Source: Alphaproteobacteria bacterium (GTDB lineage Bacteria; Pseudomonadota; Alphaproteobacteria; UBA828). From it: a DNA stretch of 64,000 nt. A model generated the notes under the pieces. That model was not told the DNA's origin and made no database searches. It saw nothing but the letters and a program-made list of their open reading frames with translations. Location: NCBI GenBank assembly GCA_965214705.1, contig CBDCCI010000001.1, positions 192,001-256,000 of the forward strand, read 5' to 3'. Shown here piece by piece: positions 18,544 through 28,634 of the stretch (the first letter of the stretch is position 1; every line of letters begins with the position of its first letter). Both the position numbers and the translations under genes were made by a program.

Positions 18544-20067
18544 ATGAGCACGCTTTCACCGCAACGCAAACGGACGGTCATCGTCGCGGCTCTGGCGGGC
18601 CTCGGCATGATTGCGCTGGCCGGCGGCGGCCTGGCCAGCTCGCTCAAGACGGCCACGGCGGTCACGCCGCCGACGCCGGTGGATCAGATGCTGGTGGCGC
18701 CCAGCCTCGCCGGCGTGGTGGAGGCGGTAAGCCCGGCGGTGGTCTCGATCGAGGTCATGCACAAGGCCCGGCCCGCGTTCACCTCCCAGCAATGGCACGG
18801 CCGCGATTTGCCCGAGCATTTCAAGCGCTTCTTCGGCGATGACTTCGCCGAACGCTTCGGCTTCACGCCGGACTTCGGGCCCGGCCCCATAAGGCCGCGG
18901 GGCGGCATCGGCTCGGGTTTCGTCGTGGACGCCGACGGCTACATCGTGACCAGCAATCACGTGATCGCGGGCGCCGAGACCGTGACCGTGATCCTCGATG
19001 ACGGCACCCGGCTCGACGCCGAAATCGTTGGCGGCGACAAGCGGACCGATCTCGCCCTGCTCAAGGTGGAGAGCGGCGAGCCGCTGCCCACCGTGAATTT
19101 TGCGGCGGACGACAGCACCCGCGTCGGCGATTGGGTGGTCGCCATCGGCAACCCCTTCGGCGTGGGCAAGACCGCCACCTTCGGCATCGTCTCCGCACGC
19201 GCCCGTGGGACCGGCATGAACCCCTACGAGGACCATCTGCAAATCGATGCGCCGATCAACAGCGGCAACTCGGGCGGCCCCACGGTCAACCTGCACGGCG
19301 AGGTCATCGGGGTGAACACCTCCATCGTCTCGCCCTCGGGCGGCAACGTGGGAATCGGCTTCGCGGTCCCCGCTGCCACGGCCACGACGGTGATCGACGA
19401 CCTCATGGCCCACGGCCGGGTCATGCGCGGCTGGCTCGGCGTCCACATCCAGCCCGTGACCGAAGACATCGCGGCGAGCCTCGGGCTGGAGGGCACCGAG
19501 GGCGCCATCGTCGCCCGCGTCCAGCCGGAAAGCCCGGCCGAGGCGGCAGGGCTTGAGCAGGGCGATGTCATCACCGCCGTGGATCAGGTACCGGTCAACG
19601 ACACGCGGACACTCTCGCAGACCATTGCCGCCATCGACGCCGGAACCCCCGCCGCGCTCACCGTCTGGCGCGACGGTCAGTTTATCGAGCTCACGGCGGC
19701 GATCGCCAACGCGGCGCCAGCGAAGGAGGCCAGCGCAGACGTGTCAGGCACGGACGAGGCCGGTCGCCTCGACACCTTTGGTCTTCGCCTGGAGAACGTC
19801 GATTCCCAGCCCGGCGACGGTACTGACATGGAAGGCGGGTCGGGAGCCGTGGTCGTTGCCGGCGTGGCGCCGGGGAGCACCGCCCATCGCAAGGGCGTTC
19901 GCCCCGGTGACACGATCGTCAGTGTCGACAAGGAGCCCGTGGGCTCGATCGCGGAGGTAGACGAGCGCATCGAGGCCGCCCAGGGTGACGGGCGCGAGGC
20001 CGTCCTCATGCTGATGAGCCGGGACGGAAGCGAGCACTTCGTCGCTTTTCCCTTTGCCACTTCCTGA
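18544..20067 (+). CDS. degP: DegP/HtrA (Do) serine protease with two PDZ domains
   Basis: N-terminal hydrophobic segment; GSGF, TSNHV, TDLALLK, INSGNSGGP, RGWLGV; two PDZ-like regions. Confidence 0.93.
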   Translation: MSTLSPQRKRTVIVAALAGLGMIALAGGGLASSLKTATAVTPPTPVDQMLVAPSLAGVVEAVSPAVVSIEVMHKARPAFTSQQWHGRDLPEHFKRFFGDDFAERFGFTPDFGPGPIRPRGGIGSGFVVDADGYIVTSNHVIAGAETVTVILDDGTRLDAEIVGGDKRTDLALLKVESGEPLPTVNFAADDSTRVGDWVVAIGNPFGVGKTATFGIVSARARGTGMNPYEDHLQIDAPINSGNSGGPTVNLHGEVIGVNTSIVSPSGGNVGIGFAVPAATATTVIDDLMAHGRVMRGWLGVHIQPVTEDIAASLGLEGTEGAIVARVQPESPAEAAGLEQGDVITAVDQVPVNDTRTLSQTIAAIDAGTPAALTVWRDGQFIELTAAIANAAPAKEASADVSGTDEAGRLDTFGLRLENVDSQPGDGTDMEGGSGAVVVAGVAPGSTAHRKGVRPGDTIVSVDKEPVGSIAEVDERIEAAQGDGREAVLMLMSRDGSEHFVAFPFATS

Positions 20068-20102
20068 GGTTCGCTTCGTCACCTCTTGAGGTGGGGCGGG
20101 AA

Positions 20103-20134
20103 GGGCCGGCGTTCCCAGACCGGGGCGCCGGCCC
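20103..20134. terminator. GC-rich hairpin between convergent degP and asmA
   Basis: GGGCCGGCG...CGCCGGCCC inverted repeat; no U-tract. Confidence 0.4.
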
Positions 20135-23100
20135 CTACTCGTCGAGCGACTCCAGCAGGTCGTCGACGAAGTCCTGGAAGCCCTCGTCCGGGTCAGGCTC
20201 GGACTCCTTCACATCCCGCTCGGGCCCGGGCTCCTTCAACGGATCGTCGACGGCGTCCTGGAGGTCCGCGTCTTGGTCAGGGTCGGGCTCCCTCAACACA
20301 TCGTCGACGAAGTCCTGCAGGGTCTCGGCCCGGTAGCGCTCAGGCGCCGACGGGGGTTCGGGCACCGCCCCGTCGGAGGGAGGCGCGGGCTCCGACTCGT
20401 CGGGCGAAGGCACCGCCGCAGGCTGCTCCAGGTCTTCAGTTTCCAGCAGCACTTCTTGCTGTTCCACCTGTTCCGGGTCCACCGGCTTTTCTGCCCGACC
20501 GGCGTCAAGCGGTTCTTCTACCACCACGGAACTGGACGGTACGTCGTCCAGCGACAGTAAAGCACTTCCCGCGTCGTCCTGGTTGGGAACCTGAATCGCT
20601 TTGTCTGTCTCGTCCGCTCTCGCGCGCGCTTCCACCGGCTCCTCGACCGTTTCGGCGTTCTCCGCCTCGTCGGGATCGCCGAGCACGTTGCGGAGCAGCG
20701 TGTCCATCTCCGTGCCCGGCTCCGCCTTCGCACCCTTGCGCAGCGTGATCTTGGGCGCGTCGGGCGAGCCAGCGAGCGAGAGTAGGCCAAGCTTGACCAG
20801 ATGAACCTGCATCTCCTCGATCATATAGCGGCGTTCGGGTCGGTCGATCGGCCCTTCAAGCCGCACGCCGACCGGCGGGGCCTCGGCGTGCTCGGCGAGG
20901 TGGAACAGCGCCGTGAGGTCGAGCTGCCACGCCGGCAGGTCGGCGGTGCCGTTGATGGTACCGACGCCCCCGTCGGTGACGATCTCGAAGCCGTCGATGC
21001 GCGCCTGGCCGTTCTGAACCCGCACGATGCCATCGAGGGAGTGGATCGCCGTTTGCCCGCTCGAAAGGCTCTGCTCCGCCTGGTCGACGAAGCTCACGAT
21101 GTCATCGAGCGCATCCGCCTCGGAGAGCGCGGCGATCTGGCGGCTGATCGCGGGCACGTCCACACCCTCGACGGCGCCCTCGTCGGAGGTGATGGCGACA
21201 CGGCCGGCGAGACTCTCGACCATCTCGCGCTCCGTTTGCCCGCGCAGGGTGAAGTACCCGTCGATCGTGGCCTTGCCGGAGACCGCACGGCCGCCTGCTG
21301 TCTCCCGCAGAATGGCGCCGATGTTCGCGTCGTTGAGCTGGACCGCCGCTTGTCCGGCCGGCACCGGCGCTCCTGCGAGGCTGCCGTCGGCCCGCAGCGC
21401 GCCTCCGAAGAGCCGCCCGCCGAGCGAGCGCAGCGTCAGCGTTCCCTCGCCCGCCGCGATGTCGATATCGGCTTGCTCAATGCGGTAGGGGCCGAGAACG
21501 AGCGCCTCGGCAGCCAGCGTCAGCGTGCCGGAGAGCCGCTCGAGGAGCGCAAGGTCGATCGGCTCATCGGACCAACGATCGGAATACGGTTCTGTGACTT
21601 CGATACCGGTCCCCGCGTTGCCGTCCGCTGCCGCGACGCCGCCGCCGATCCAGGCGAGGTCGAGTGCGCCCGCGCGCAGGTCTGCGCTGAACGCCGGTGG
21701 ATTCTGGTCCAGACGGAGGAAAATATCGCCAGCCAGCGTGCTTTCGCCGATGGCGGCGTCGATGCCGGCGAGGTTGGCCACCATCCGATCCCCTGAAACC
21801 TTGCCGACGAGGCGGACAGGGCCAAGAGCGGCGCCTGCCGGCGCTTCGCCGATCACGGTCTCGACCAGAGCCTCGCCGTTGGGATGAGCGAGATCGACGT
21901 CGACGCTGTAACCAGGCGAGGTCAGCATCTCCGTGACCTTGCCGGAGGCCGTCACCGTGGCGCCGGCGACCTCGGCGCTCAGATTGACCGCAATCGAGTT
22001 GAGATTACCGCCGATCCCGCCGTCGATGGACAACGCGCCCAGCCGCTCGACAGGAGCTGGCGGCGTGAGTCCGGCAGTACGGGCAAGGGCCGCAGCATCC
22101 GATGCGCGGAGGCTGAGCGCGAGGGCGCCGGCGGGCGCGCCGAACGGATCGTCGATGGTACCCTCAAGAGTTGCCTCCGCAGTTCCAGCCGCGAGGGTGA
22201 AATCGAGCGACAGCGCATCCTCACCGCCCTTGAGAAAGCCCTGCAACGCGAACTTGCCGAACGCCTGAGTGCGAATTTCGGGGTCGATGTCGAGAAACGC
22301 GACGACGCCTTCGAGGGAGTCGGCCGTGCTCTCCACCGCGAGATCGACGGTCGGTGCCAACCAGACCGTGCGCGCGCCGCCGCTTACCGAGACGCTGGCA
22401 CCCGCAACGTCCGCCACCTGCGCCCGGCGCAGGGTGAGGTTGCCGTCGTCGTGGGTGGCGTCGAGCTCCAGACCGGCCACGCGTACGCCGTCATAGATGA
22501 GCGCATCCATCTTGAGTGCGACATCGGCGTCGATATCGGCCAGCCCCGCCCACGCGTCTTCGCTTGCGGTCTCGGGTGCGGGCCTCGCCGTCTCCTCGGA
22601 ACCGGCACCCGTCTCGCCGGCGGGGGGCAAGTAGGCATCCACGTTGACCGTGTTGACCGCGAGGGCGGCGGTGATGCGGGGACGCTCGTCCGCTGTGATG
22701 GTCGCATTGCCGGCAATCCGCGTGGTATCGATCCTGACGTCGAGGTTGGTCGTCGACAGCCGATTGCCGATGGCGGAGAGGTCGGCGCTTGCATTGAGGC
22801 GACGGAGTCGGTCCGCCGGGACATCGCCCACGTCCACAGAAAGCCAGGAGAGGATGGCGCGCAGATCGTCGGCTGCGATCTCCACCACGCCCTGCAGCCA
22901 GGGGCGGTCGCCGCCCTGCGTCAGTCGGCCGGCGAACCGGACGTCGGCACCACCGGGCAGCAGGGCCGAGGCCGGTTGGAGCGTGACGACACCGTCGTTC
23001 AGTACAAGTCTAGTCCGGGCCTGACGGATGACGCCGTCGCGCCAGGTGAGGGTGCCGATCTTGAGATCGATCGTCGCCGCCACGTCTGCGGGAATGACCT

Positions 23101-24199
23101 GTCGAACGTTATTGGAGATCGTCTGCAGCGGGACCAAAGCCGCCTCGTCGCCCGGCTGCCCTGCGTCGCCTACTTCTTCGGCGGGCAGGAAGCGATCGAG
23201 GTCGATCCGATTGAGATCGATGTCGGCGTCCAACTGCGGCACATCGCCGCCGCGCCAGGAGAGTGCGCCGGTCGCCTGGCTTTCGCCCAACCGCACCTGG
23301 AGCTCGTCTGCGGCGATCGCCTCGCCGCTCACGCTGAGGGCTCCCCTGGCATCGAATTCGGCGGCAAGCGGTGCTGCAGGCAGCGCACCAAGATCGACGG
23401 CGAGCGCGCCGAGCAAGGCGCCGAGATCGGCCGCCTCGATCCGCACGTTGCCGTCGAATGCCGGCGTCTCGCCATCGCCGCGCACGATGCCCTCCAACCG
23501 CGCGCGGCCCCGCTCGCCGCCAAAGATCGCTTCGACCGAGATCGGCATGGTGCCGTCGTCGCGCAGGGTGCTCGTCGCGAGTTGGAACGCGACCGGCCGA
23601 CCGCGCACGGCAAACGCACCGTCTCCACGGAAGGGTCCGTCCAGCGAGCGGGCGGAGAGCGTCGCGTCGATTCCCTCGATCCGCTCCGACGGCCGGCCGT
23701 CGGCGTGGTGATAGACGATCGTGCCGTTCGTGATCGTCGCGGAGTCGAGCCTGGTCAGCTCCAGCCCGGCCTCTGGTCCCCCCGCGGCACCCTCCCCTGT
23801 CGCCGGTGCCGGCACGCCCTCGAAGAGCCAGTTGGGGCTGCCATCGGGGAGACGCTGGAGCTCGATGACCGGCTCCACCATCTCAAGGCCGGTGACGGCA
23901 ATCTCGCCGCCGAGAAGCGGCCCCAGTGCAAGCCGGAGTTTGAGAGACCCGATCCGTGCCATATCGGGGTTGGCCGCGCCGGGTACGTTGGCAAGGCGCA
24001 GGTCTGTCGCTTCGATCTTGGGCGTGGGCAGGATGGAGACCTTGAGCGGTCCGTCAATCGCAAGTGTGCGACCGGTAATGGCCTCGAGGCGCTCGGTGAT
24101 CTCGGGCTTGAACCCCTCCCAATCGAGGAACGACGGCACGAGAAAGAGGGCGGCGACGGCGAGGGCCAGAAGGACGACGATGCCGTAAACGAATTTCAC
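20135..24199 (-). CDS. AsmA family protein with acidic repetitive C-terminal tail
   Basis: 1354 aa; N-terminal TM then PSFLDWEGFK..TGRTLAIDG, IDLDRFLP, DRWSDEPIDL, GVRLEGPIDRP. Confidence 0.85.
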   Translation of the reverse strand: MKFVYGIVVLLALAVAALFLVPSFLDWEGFKPEITERLEAITGRTLAIDGPLKVSILPTPKIEATDLRLANVPGAANPDMARIGSLKLRLALGPLLGGEIAVTGLEMVEPVIELQRLPDGSPNWLFEGVPAPATGEGAAGGPEAGLELTRLDSATITNGTIVYHHADGRPSERIEGIDATLSARSLDGPFRGDGAFAVRGRPVAFQLATSTLRDDGTMPISVEAIFGGERGRARLEGIVRGDGETPAFDGNVRIEAADLGALLGALAVDLGALPAAPLAAEFDARGALSVSGEAIAADELQVRLGESQATGALSWRGGDVPQLDADIDLNRIDLDRFLPAEEVGDAGQPGDEAALVPLQTISNNVRQVIPADVAATIDLKIGTLTWRDGVIRQARTRLVLNDGVVTLQPASALLPGGADVRFAGRLTQGGDRPWLQGVVEIAADDLRAILSWLSVDVGDVPADRLRRLNASADLSAIGNRLSTTNLDVRIDTTRIAGNATITADERPRITAALAVNTVNVDAYLPPAGETGAGSEETARPAPETASEDAWAGLADIDADVALKMDALIYDGVRVAGLELDATHDDGNLTLRRAQVADVAGASVSVSGGARTVWLAPTVDLAVESTADSLEGVVAFLDIDPEIRTQAFGKFALQGFLKGGEDALSLDFTLAAGTAEATLEGTIDDPFGAPAGALALSLRASDAAALARTAGLTPPAPVERLGALSIDGGIGGNLNSIAVNLSAEVAGATVTASGKVTEMLTSPGYSVDVDLAHPNGEALVETVIGEAPAGAALGPVRLVGKVSGDRMVANLAGIDAAIGESTLAGDIFLRLDQNPPAFSADLRAGALDLAWIGGGVAAADGNAGTGIEVTEPYSDRWSDEPIDLALLERLSGTLTLAAEALVLGPYRIEQADIDIAAGEGTLTLRSLGGRLFGGALRADGSLAGAPVPAGQAAVQLNDANIGAILRETAGGRAVSGKATIDGYFTLRGQTEREMVESLAGRVAITSDEGAVEGVDVPAISRQIAALSEADALDDIVSFVDQAEQSLSSGQTAIHSLDGIVRVQNGQARIDGFEIVTDGGVGTINGTADLPAWQLDLTALFHLAEHAEAPPVGVRLEGPIDRPERRYMIEEMQVHLVKLGLLSLAGSPDAPKITLRKGAKAEPGTEMDTLLRNVLGDPDEAENAETVEEPVEARARADETDKAIQVPNQDDAGSALLSLDDVPSSSVVVEEPLDAGRAEKPVDPEQVEQQEVLLETEDLEQPAAVPSPDESEPAPPSDGAVPEPPSAPERYRAETLQDFVDDVLREPDPDQDADLQDAVDDPLKEPGPERDVKESEPDPDEGFQDFVDDLLESLDE

Positions 24200-24383
24200 C
24201 GTTGTCCATGCCTCGGGGCGGGAAGGACGGGCACTCTGCCCGAGCGGTGCCGGCCCGGTCGACTCCGGTTAACAGCCCGATTCATTTCGTCTAGGCTTGC
24301 CTCTTGATCGGACGGGTCTGATCGGATGGGAGGCCCCGCGTTTCTTAGACCACGTTTGCCGGCGTACCGAAAGGCCTTTGGTC

Positions 24384-24605
24384 ATGGGCGATGTCGTCAA
24401 CCTGAACCAGTTCCGCAAGAAGCGCGACAGGGCGGCGAGGGCGCAACAACGCGCGGCGAACCGTGCGCGGACGGGGCGCACCAAGGCAGAGAGGCAAGCA
24501 ACGCAGGCCGAGGCAGTGCGCGGCGACGACCTGCTGGACGGCAAGCGAATCGATCATGAGGCCGACGAGTCCGAGGGCGATAGACTGGGCCCAAAGGTCG
24601 ATTGA
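24384..24605 (+). CDS. DUF4169 family protein
   Basis: MGDVVNLNQFRK...NRARTGRTKAER...LDGKR. Confidence 0.85.
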   Translation: MGDVVNLNQFRKKRDRAARAQQRAANRARTGRTKAERQATQAEAVRGDDLLDGKRIDHEADESEGDRLGPKVD

Positions 24606-24643
24606 GCGACGCGTCGGGAAGCATTCAGGCGGTGCCCGGTAGA

Positions 24644-25150
24644 ATGAGGCGAGGGAGTGTCGTGTTGGCGGGGCTGATCGGGGCGGCGCTCGCGCTCGCG
24701 TCGCCCAGTGTGCACGCCGCATGCACCGATACGCCGCAGCCCGGCGTGGACTGGCGGCGCTGCCTTCTCGACAACCGGAATTTTGTCGACGTCGACCTAG
24801 CCGGAGCCACACTCCGCGACGGATTTTTTGCGCGCTCGGACCTTACGCGAGCCGACTTCAGTGCCGTTGACGGCCGGCGCGCCAAGTTCACCGGCGCCGT
24901 CCTGGTGGATACGCACTGGGCCGGCGCGCGCCTGATCGGCACCGATTTCACCAAGTCGGATCTTTCCGGCGCCTCGTTCGAAGGCGCCGATCTCCGCAAC
25001 GCCCACTTCTTCCGCGCCGACCTGCGCGGTGCCAATTTTACCGGCGCCCGGCTAGACGGTACCGATTTTCTCAAGGCGGACCTCAGCGGCGCGACTTGGA
25101 TCGACGGCAACAAGGTGTGCGCGGAGGGCTCCAGCGGCCAATGCAACTGA
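24644..25150 (+). CDS. Exported pentapeptide-repeat protein
   Basis: Signal peptide ending VHA-A; A(D/N)(L/F)xx repeats; terminal Cys pairs; alternative start TTG 24602. Confidence 0.88.
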   Translation: MRRGSVVLAGLIGAALALASPSVHAACTDTPQPGVDWRRCLLDNRNFVDVDLAGATLRDGFFARSDLTRADFSAVDGRRAKFTGAVLVDTHWAGARLIGTDFTKSDLSGASFEGADLRNAHFFRADLRGANFTGARLDGTDFLKADLSGATWIDGNKVCAEGSSGQCN

Positions 25151-25863
25151 CCGACGGCGCGCGCACGGCGCCCAACGGCGCCGACCTCGCTCACATCGAT
25201 ACCTGGATATTCGACCTCGACAACACCCTCTATCCGTCGAGCTCGCACCTCTTCGATCAGGTGAGCCAACGCATCGGTGACTTCATCGCCACCGCCTTCG
25301 ATGTCGATCGGGAGGAGGCCCACAGACTGCAGAAGGGCTACTTCCGCGAATACGGCACCACGCTGCGCGGCCTCATGCTCAAGCACGACATGGACCCCGC
25401 ACCCTTTCTCGACTACGTGCACGACATCGATCTCTCGCCCATTGCGCCGAGCGATACCCTGGAGGAAGCGCTGGGCCGGCTGCCCGGTCGCAAGCTGGTC
25501 TTCACCAACGCCGATGCGCCGTACGCCAAGCGGGTAATGGCGCGGCTTGGGATCGGACACCACTTCAGCGAGATCTACGACATCGAGGCCGCTGACTGGG
25601 TGCCGAAGCCGTTTCCCGAAGCCTATGATCGGCTTGCGGACGTGCTCGACGTGGAGCCGACGCGGGCCATCTTCTTCGAGGACATTCTGCGCAACCTGGC
25701 GCCCGCCGCCGCTCTCGGCATGGCCACCGTCTGGGTGCGTAACGACAGCGCCTGGGCGTCGTCCGGCAATGAGCACATCACGCCCGACTACGTGATCGAC
25801 GATCTTCCCGCCTGGCTCGCCGCGCTTCCAGCGCCGCCGGAGGCAGACGGCACCGGCGGTTGA
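25141..25863 (+). CDS. Pyrimidine 5'-nucleotidase (HAD family)
   Basis: [34 protein letters not shown]; upstream of dapD as usual in alphaproteobacteria. Confidence 0.9.
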   Translation: MQLTDGARTAPNGADLAHIDTWIFDLDNTLYPSSSHLFDQVSQRIGDFIATAFDVDREEAHRLQKGYFREYGTTLRGLMLKHDMDPAPFLDYVHDIDLSPIAPSDTLEEALGRLPGRKLVFTNADAPYAKRVMARLGIGHHFSEIYDIEAADWVPKPFPEAYDRLADVLDVEPTRAIFFEDILRNLAPAAALGMATVWVRNDSAWASSGNEHITPDYVIDDLPAWLAALPAPPEADGTGG

Positions 25864-25886
25864 AGCACGAAACGAGGGAGAGGCCC

Positions 25887-26732
25887 GTGAACTTAGTAGA
25901 CCTGGAGCGCGCGGTGGAAGCCGCCTGGGAGCAGCGCGACACGCTCTCGCCCGCGAGCGGCGGTGCCGCGGCGGAGGCGGTGGAGACCGCACTCGCCCTG
26001 CTCGATGCCGGCGAGGCGCGCGTCGCCGTGAAGCAGGGCGATACCTGGGTCGTCAGCCAGTGGCTCAAGAAGGCGGTGCTGCTCTCCTTCCGGCTCAACG
26101 ACATGGCGACGATTCAAGGGGGGCCGGGCGCCGATACGTCCTGGTACGACAAGGTGCCGTCAAAGTTCGCGGGTTGGGACGAGGCGCGCTTCCAGGAGGC
26201 CGGCTTCCGCGCAGTTCCCGGCGCCATCGTGCGGCGCTCAGCCTACGTTGCGCCGGGCGTGGTGCTGATGCCCTCCTTCGTCAACATCGGCGCCTACGTG
26301 GACAGCGGCACCATGGTCGACACCTGGGCCACGGTGGGGAGCTGCGCGCAGATCGGCAAGAACTGCCACATTTCCGGGGGCGCCGGGATCGGCGGCGTGC
26401 TGGAGCCGCTCCAGGCCAACCCGGTGATCATCGAGGACGACTGCTTCGTCGGCGCGCGCAGTGAGGTGGCCGAAGGCGTCATCGTCGAACAGGGCGCGGT
26501 GCTGGCGATGGGCGTCTACGTCGGCGCATCCACGCGGGTGATCGACCGCGAGACCGGCGAGGTCCACCGTGGGCACATTCCGTCTTATTCCGTCGTCGTG
26601 CCGGGCTCGATTCCGGGCAAGGCGTTGGCGGACGGCTCGCCCGGCCCCAGCCTCTACTGCGCAGTGATCGTCAAGCGGGTGGACGCGGGCACGCGGGCCA
26701 AGACCTCGATCAACGAGCTGCTCCGCAATTGA
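25887..26732 (+). CDS. dapD: Tetrahydrodipicolinate N-succinyltransferase
   Basis: [54 protein letters not shown]; GTG start after GGGAG. Confidence 0.97.
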   Translation: MNLVDLERAVEAAWEQRDTLSPASGGAAAEAVETALALLDAGEARVAVKQGDTWVVSQWLKKAVLLSFRLNDMATIQGGPGADTSWYDKVPSKFAGWDEARFQEAGFRAVPGAIVRRSAYVAPGVVLMPSFVNIGAYVDSGTMVDTWATVGSCAQIGKNCHISGGAGIGGVLEPLQANPVIIEDDCFVGARSEVAEGVIVEQGAVLAMGVYVGASTRVIDRETGEVHRGHIPSYSVVVPGSIPGKALADGSPGPSLYCAVIVKRVDAGTRAKTSINELLRN

Positions 26733-27925
26733 GCGAGGCAAACACTGAGGACCTGGCGGGTGCTGAAACGCTCGCGCATCCGCTGGCGCTTGCCCGCGCG
26801 CTGATCCGCTGCGAGAGCGTCACGCCGGCTGACGGCGGCGCGCTCGATGTGCTCCAGAGCGCGCTCGAGACGCTCGGCTTTACTTGCCATCGCCTGCTCT
26901 TCGAGGAGCCGGGCACCGCGCCGGTTGACAACCTCTACGCGAGGCGGGGCGAAGACGCGCCCAACTTCTGCTTCGCGGGCCACACCGACGTGGTGCCGAC
27001 GGGTGACCGTGCGGGCTGGACCCGCGAGCCCTTCGCGGCACAAGTGGAGGACGGCGTGCTCTACGGGCGCGGCGCGAGCGACATGAAGGGGGCGATCGCG
27101 GCCTTCGTCGCCGCCGTGGCACGCTTCGGCACAAGTGGTGCCGGGGCCGGCTCCATCAGCCTTCTGATTACAGGCGACGAGGAAGGCCCGGCAATTAACG
27201 GCACGCGCAAGGTGCTGGACTGGCTCGGCGCGCAAAACGAGACCCTCGATGTCTGCCTGGTGGGCGAGCCGACCAACCCCGAAGAGGTCGGCGAGATGGT
27301 GAAGATCGGCCGGCGCGGCAGCCTCAACGGCACGCTCCGGGTCACCGGCCGCCAGGGGCACGTGGCCTATCCGGCGCTGGCGGACAACCCCCTACCCCGC
27401 CTGGTGACTTTGCTCGATGCCCTGCTCGCGCTGGAACTGGACCAGGGCACCGATCACTTCCAGCCGAGCCGGCTGGAGCTCACCTCCATCGATGTCGGCA
27501 ACGAGGCGACGAACGTCATTCCCGGCGCCGCGGCGGCGCGCTTCAACGTTCGCTTCAACGACCGCCACACCGGGGCGAGCCTTGAGCGCACCATTCGCGC
27601 GAGCCTCGATGCGACCGGCGAGCCCTACGAGTTCGCGACCGAGGTTTCGGGCGAGGCCTTCGTCACCCCGCCGGGCCCGCTCAGCACGATCATCGCCGAC
27701 TCCGTAGTCGCCGTCACCGGCATGACGCCCACCCTCAGCACCACAGGTGGCACCTCGGACGCGCGCTTCATCAAGGACCACTGCCCGGTCGCCGAGTTCG
27801 GCCTGATCGGCCGGACCATGCATCGGATCGACGAGTGCGTTCCCGTTGAGGCCATAGAACGACTCACCGAAATCTATCTGGAGGTGCTGGAGCGCTATTT
27901 CGGGGGCCCCGAGCCGCTGACTTGA
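26729..27925 (+). CDS. dapE: Succinyl-diaminopimelate desuccinylase
   Basis: [48 protein letters not shown]. Confidence 0.97.
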   Translation: MSEANTEDLAGAETLAHPLALARALIRCESVTPADGGALDVLQSALETLGFTCHRLLFEEPGTAPVDNLYARRGEDAPNFCFAGHTDVVPTGDRAGWTREPFAAQVEDGVLYGRGASDMKGAIAAFVAAVARFGTSGAGAGSISLLITGDEEGPAINGTRKVLDWLGAQNETLDVCLVGEPTNPEEVGEMVKIGRRGSLNGTLRVTGRQGHVAYPALADNPLPRLVTLLDALLALELDQGTDHFQPSRLELTSIDVGNEATNVIPGAAAARFNVRFNDRHTGASLERTIRASLDATGEPYEFATEVSGEAFVTPPGPLSTIIADSVVAVTGMTPTLSTTGGTSDARFIKDHCPVAEFGLIGRTMHRIDECVPVEAIERLTEIYLEVLERYFGGPEPLT

Positions 27926-27950
27926 CATGACGGAAGTATGGCCATACTCT
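27922..27950 (+). promoter_or_regulatory. Sigma70-like promoter with overlapping palindromic operator for the RHH-PIN operon
   Basis: TTGACA (27922-27927), 17 bp, TACTCT (27945-27950); perfect palindrome AGTATGGCCATACT (27935-27948); ATG 5 nt after the -10 box with no SD. Confidence 0.7.
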
Positions 27951-27955
27951 GACTT

Positions 27956-28252
27956 ATGGCCGTAACGACGATCAAATCAACCTACTCGCTGGATGTCGAG
28001 ACAGTGCGGACGCTGGAAGCGTTGGCGCGCCGCTGGAACGTGCCGAAAACCGAGGTGCTGCGCCGTGCCATCCGCGCAGCTGCAGCGGGAGAAAGGAGCC
28101 AGCGCGCGCGCGAAAAGCTGGAAGCCCTAGGGCAATTGCAAGACTACGTGCAACGGCGCGGCATCGATGTCGAAGCATGGGCGCGGGAGGTTCGAGCCAC
28201 ACGTGACGCAGCTGGACGCAAGCGTCTATCCGTCTTCGATGATCCATCTTAA
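27956..28252 (+). CDS. Ribbon-helix-helix (CopG-like) antitoxin
   Basis: IKSTYSLDVETVRTLEALARRWNVPKTEVLRRAI RHH pattern; overlaps a PIN gene. Confidence 0.85.
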   Translation: MAVTTIKSTYSLDVETVRTLEALARRWNVPKTEVLRRAIRAAAAGERSQRAREKLEALGQLQDYVQRRGIDVEAWAREVRATRDAAGRKRLSVFDDPS

Positions 28253-28616
28253 TACGAGCTTTCTGATCAGGTCGCTCTCATCGGGATCGCCTGAGGGGCG
28301 AGCGCTTCAAGAATGGATCGATGCCGACGAAACGCTAGCTGTGAGCGCCGTCGCCTGGACGGAGTTCTTGTGCGGCCCGTTCGAGCCCTCAGCGCTGGAA
28401 GTCGCCGCCCGCGTCATAGATCGCTATATCGACTTTACGTCCGCCCACGCAGAGGTAGCGTCACGCCTCTTCAATCTCTCGGGCCGGCGACGCAGGCTGT
28501 TCACCGACTGCATGATCGCGGCGACGGCGATCGCCGAGGGCGCACCTATCGCGACCGCCAATCAGGACGACTTTCGCCGGTTCGAGAGCGAGGGTCTGAC
28601 GTTCGCGCTCGCTTAG
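28239..28616 (+). CDS. PIN-domain (VapC) toxin, first catalytic Asp replaced by Asn
   Basis: MIHLNTSFLI (usual xxxDTxxL), AWTEFLCG, DCMIAATAI, TANQDDF. Confidence 0.85.
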   Translation: MIHLNTSFLIRSLSSGSPEGRALQEWIDADETLAVSAVAWTEFLCGPFEPSALEVAARVIDRYIDFTSAHAEVASRLFNLSGRRRRLFTDCMIAATAIAEGAPIATANQDDFRRFESEGLTFALA

Positions 28617-28634
28617 GCTGTCGCGGCCCCGCGC

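Noticed and set aside
21884-24307. 807-aa plus-strand ORF
   Set aside because: Antisense to asmA; no motifs; long shadow ORFs are expected at this GC content.
24740-25100. Periodic DNA repeats that might suggest a CRISPR or tandem array
   Set aside because: Explained by pentapeptide-repeat coding; no identical repeats with unique spacers and no cas genes.
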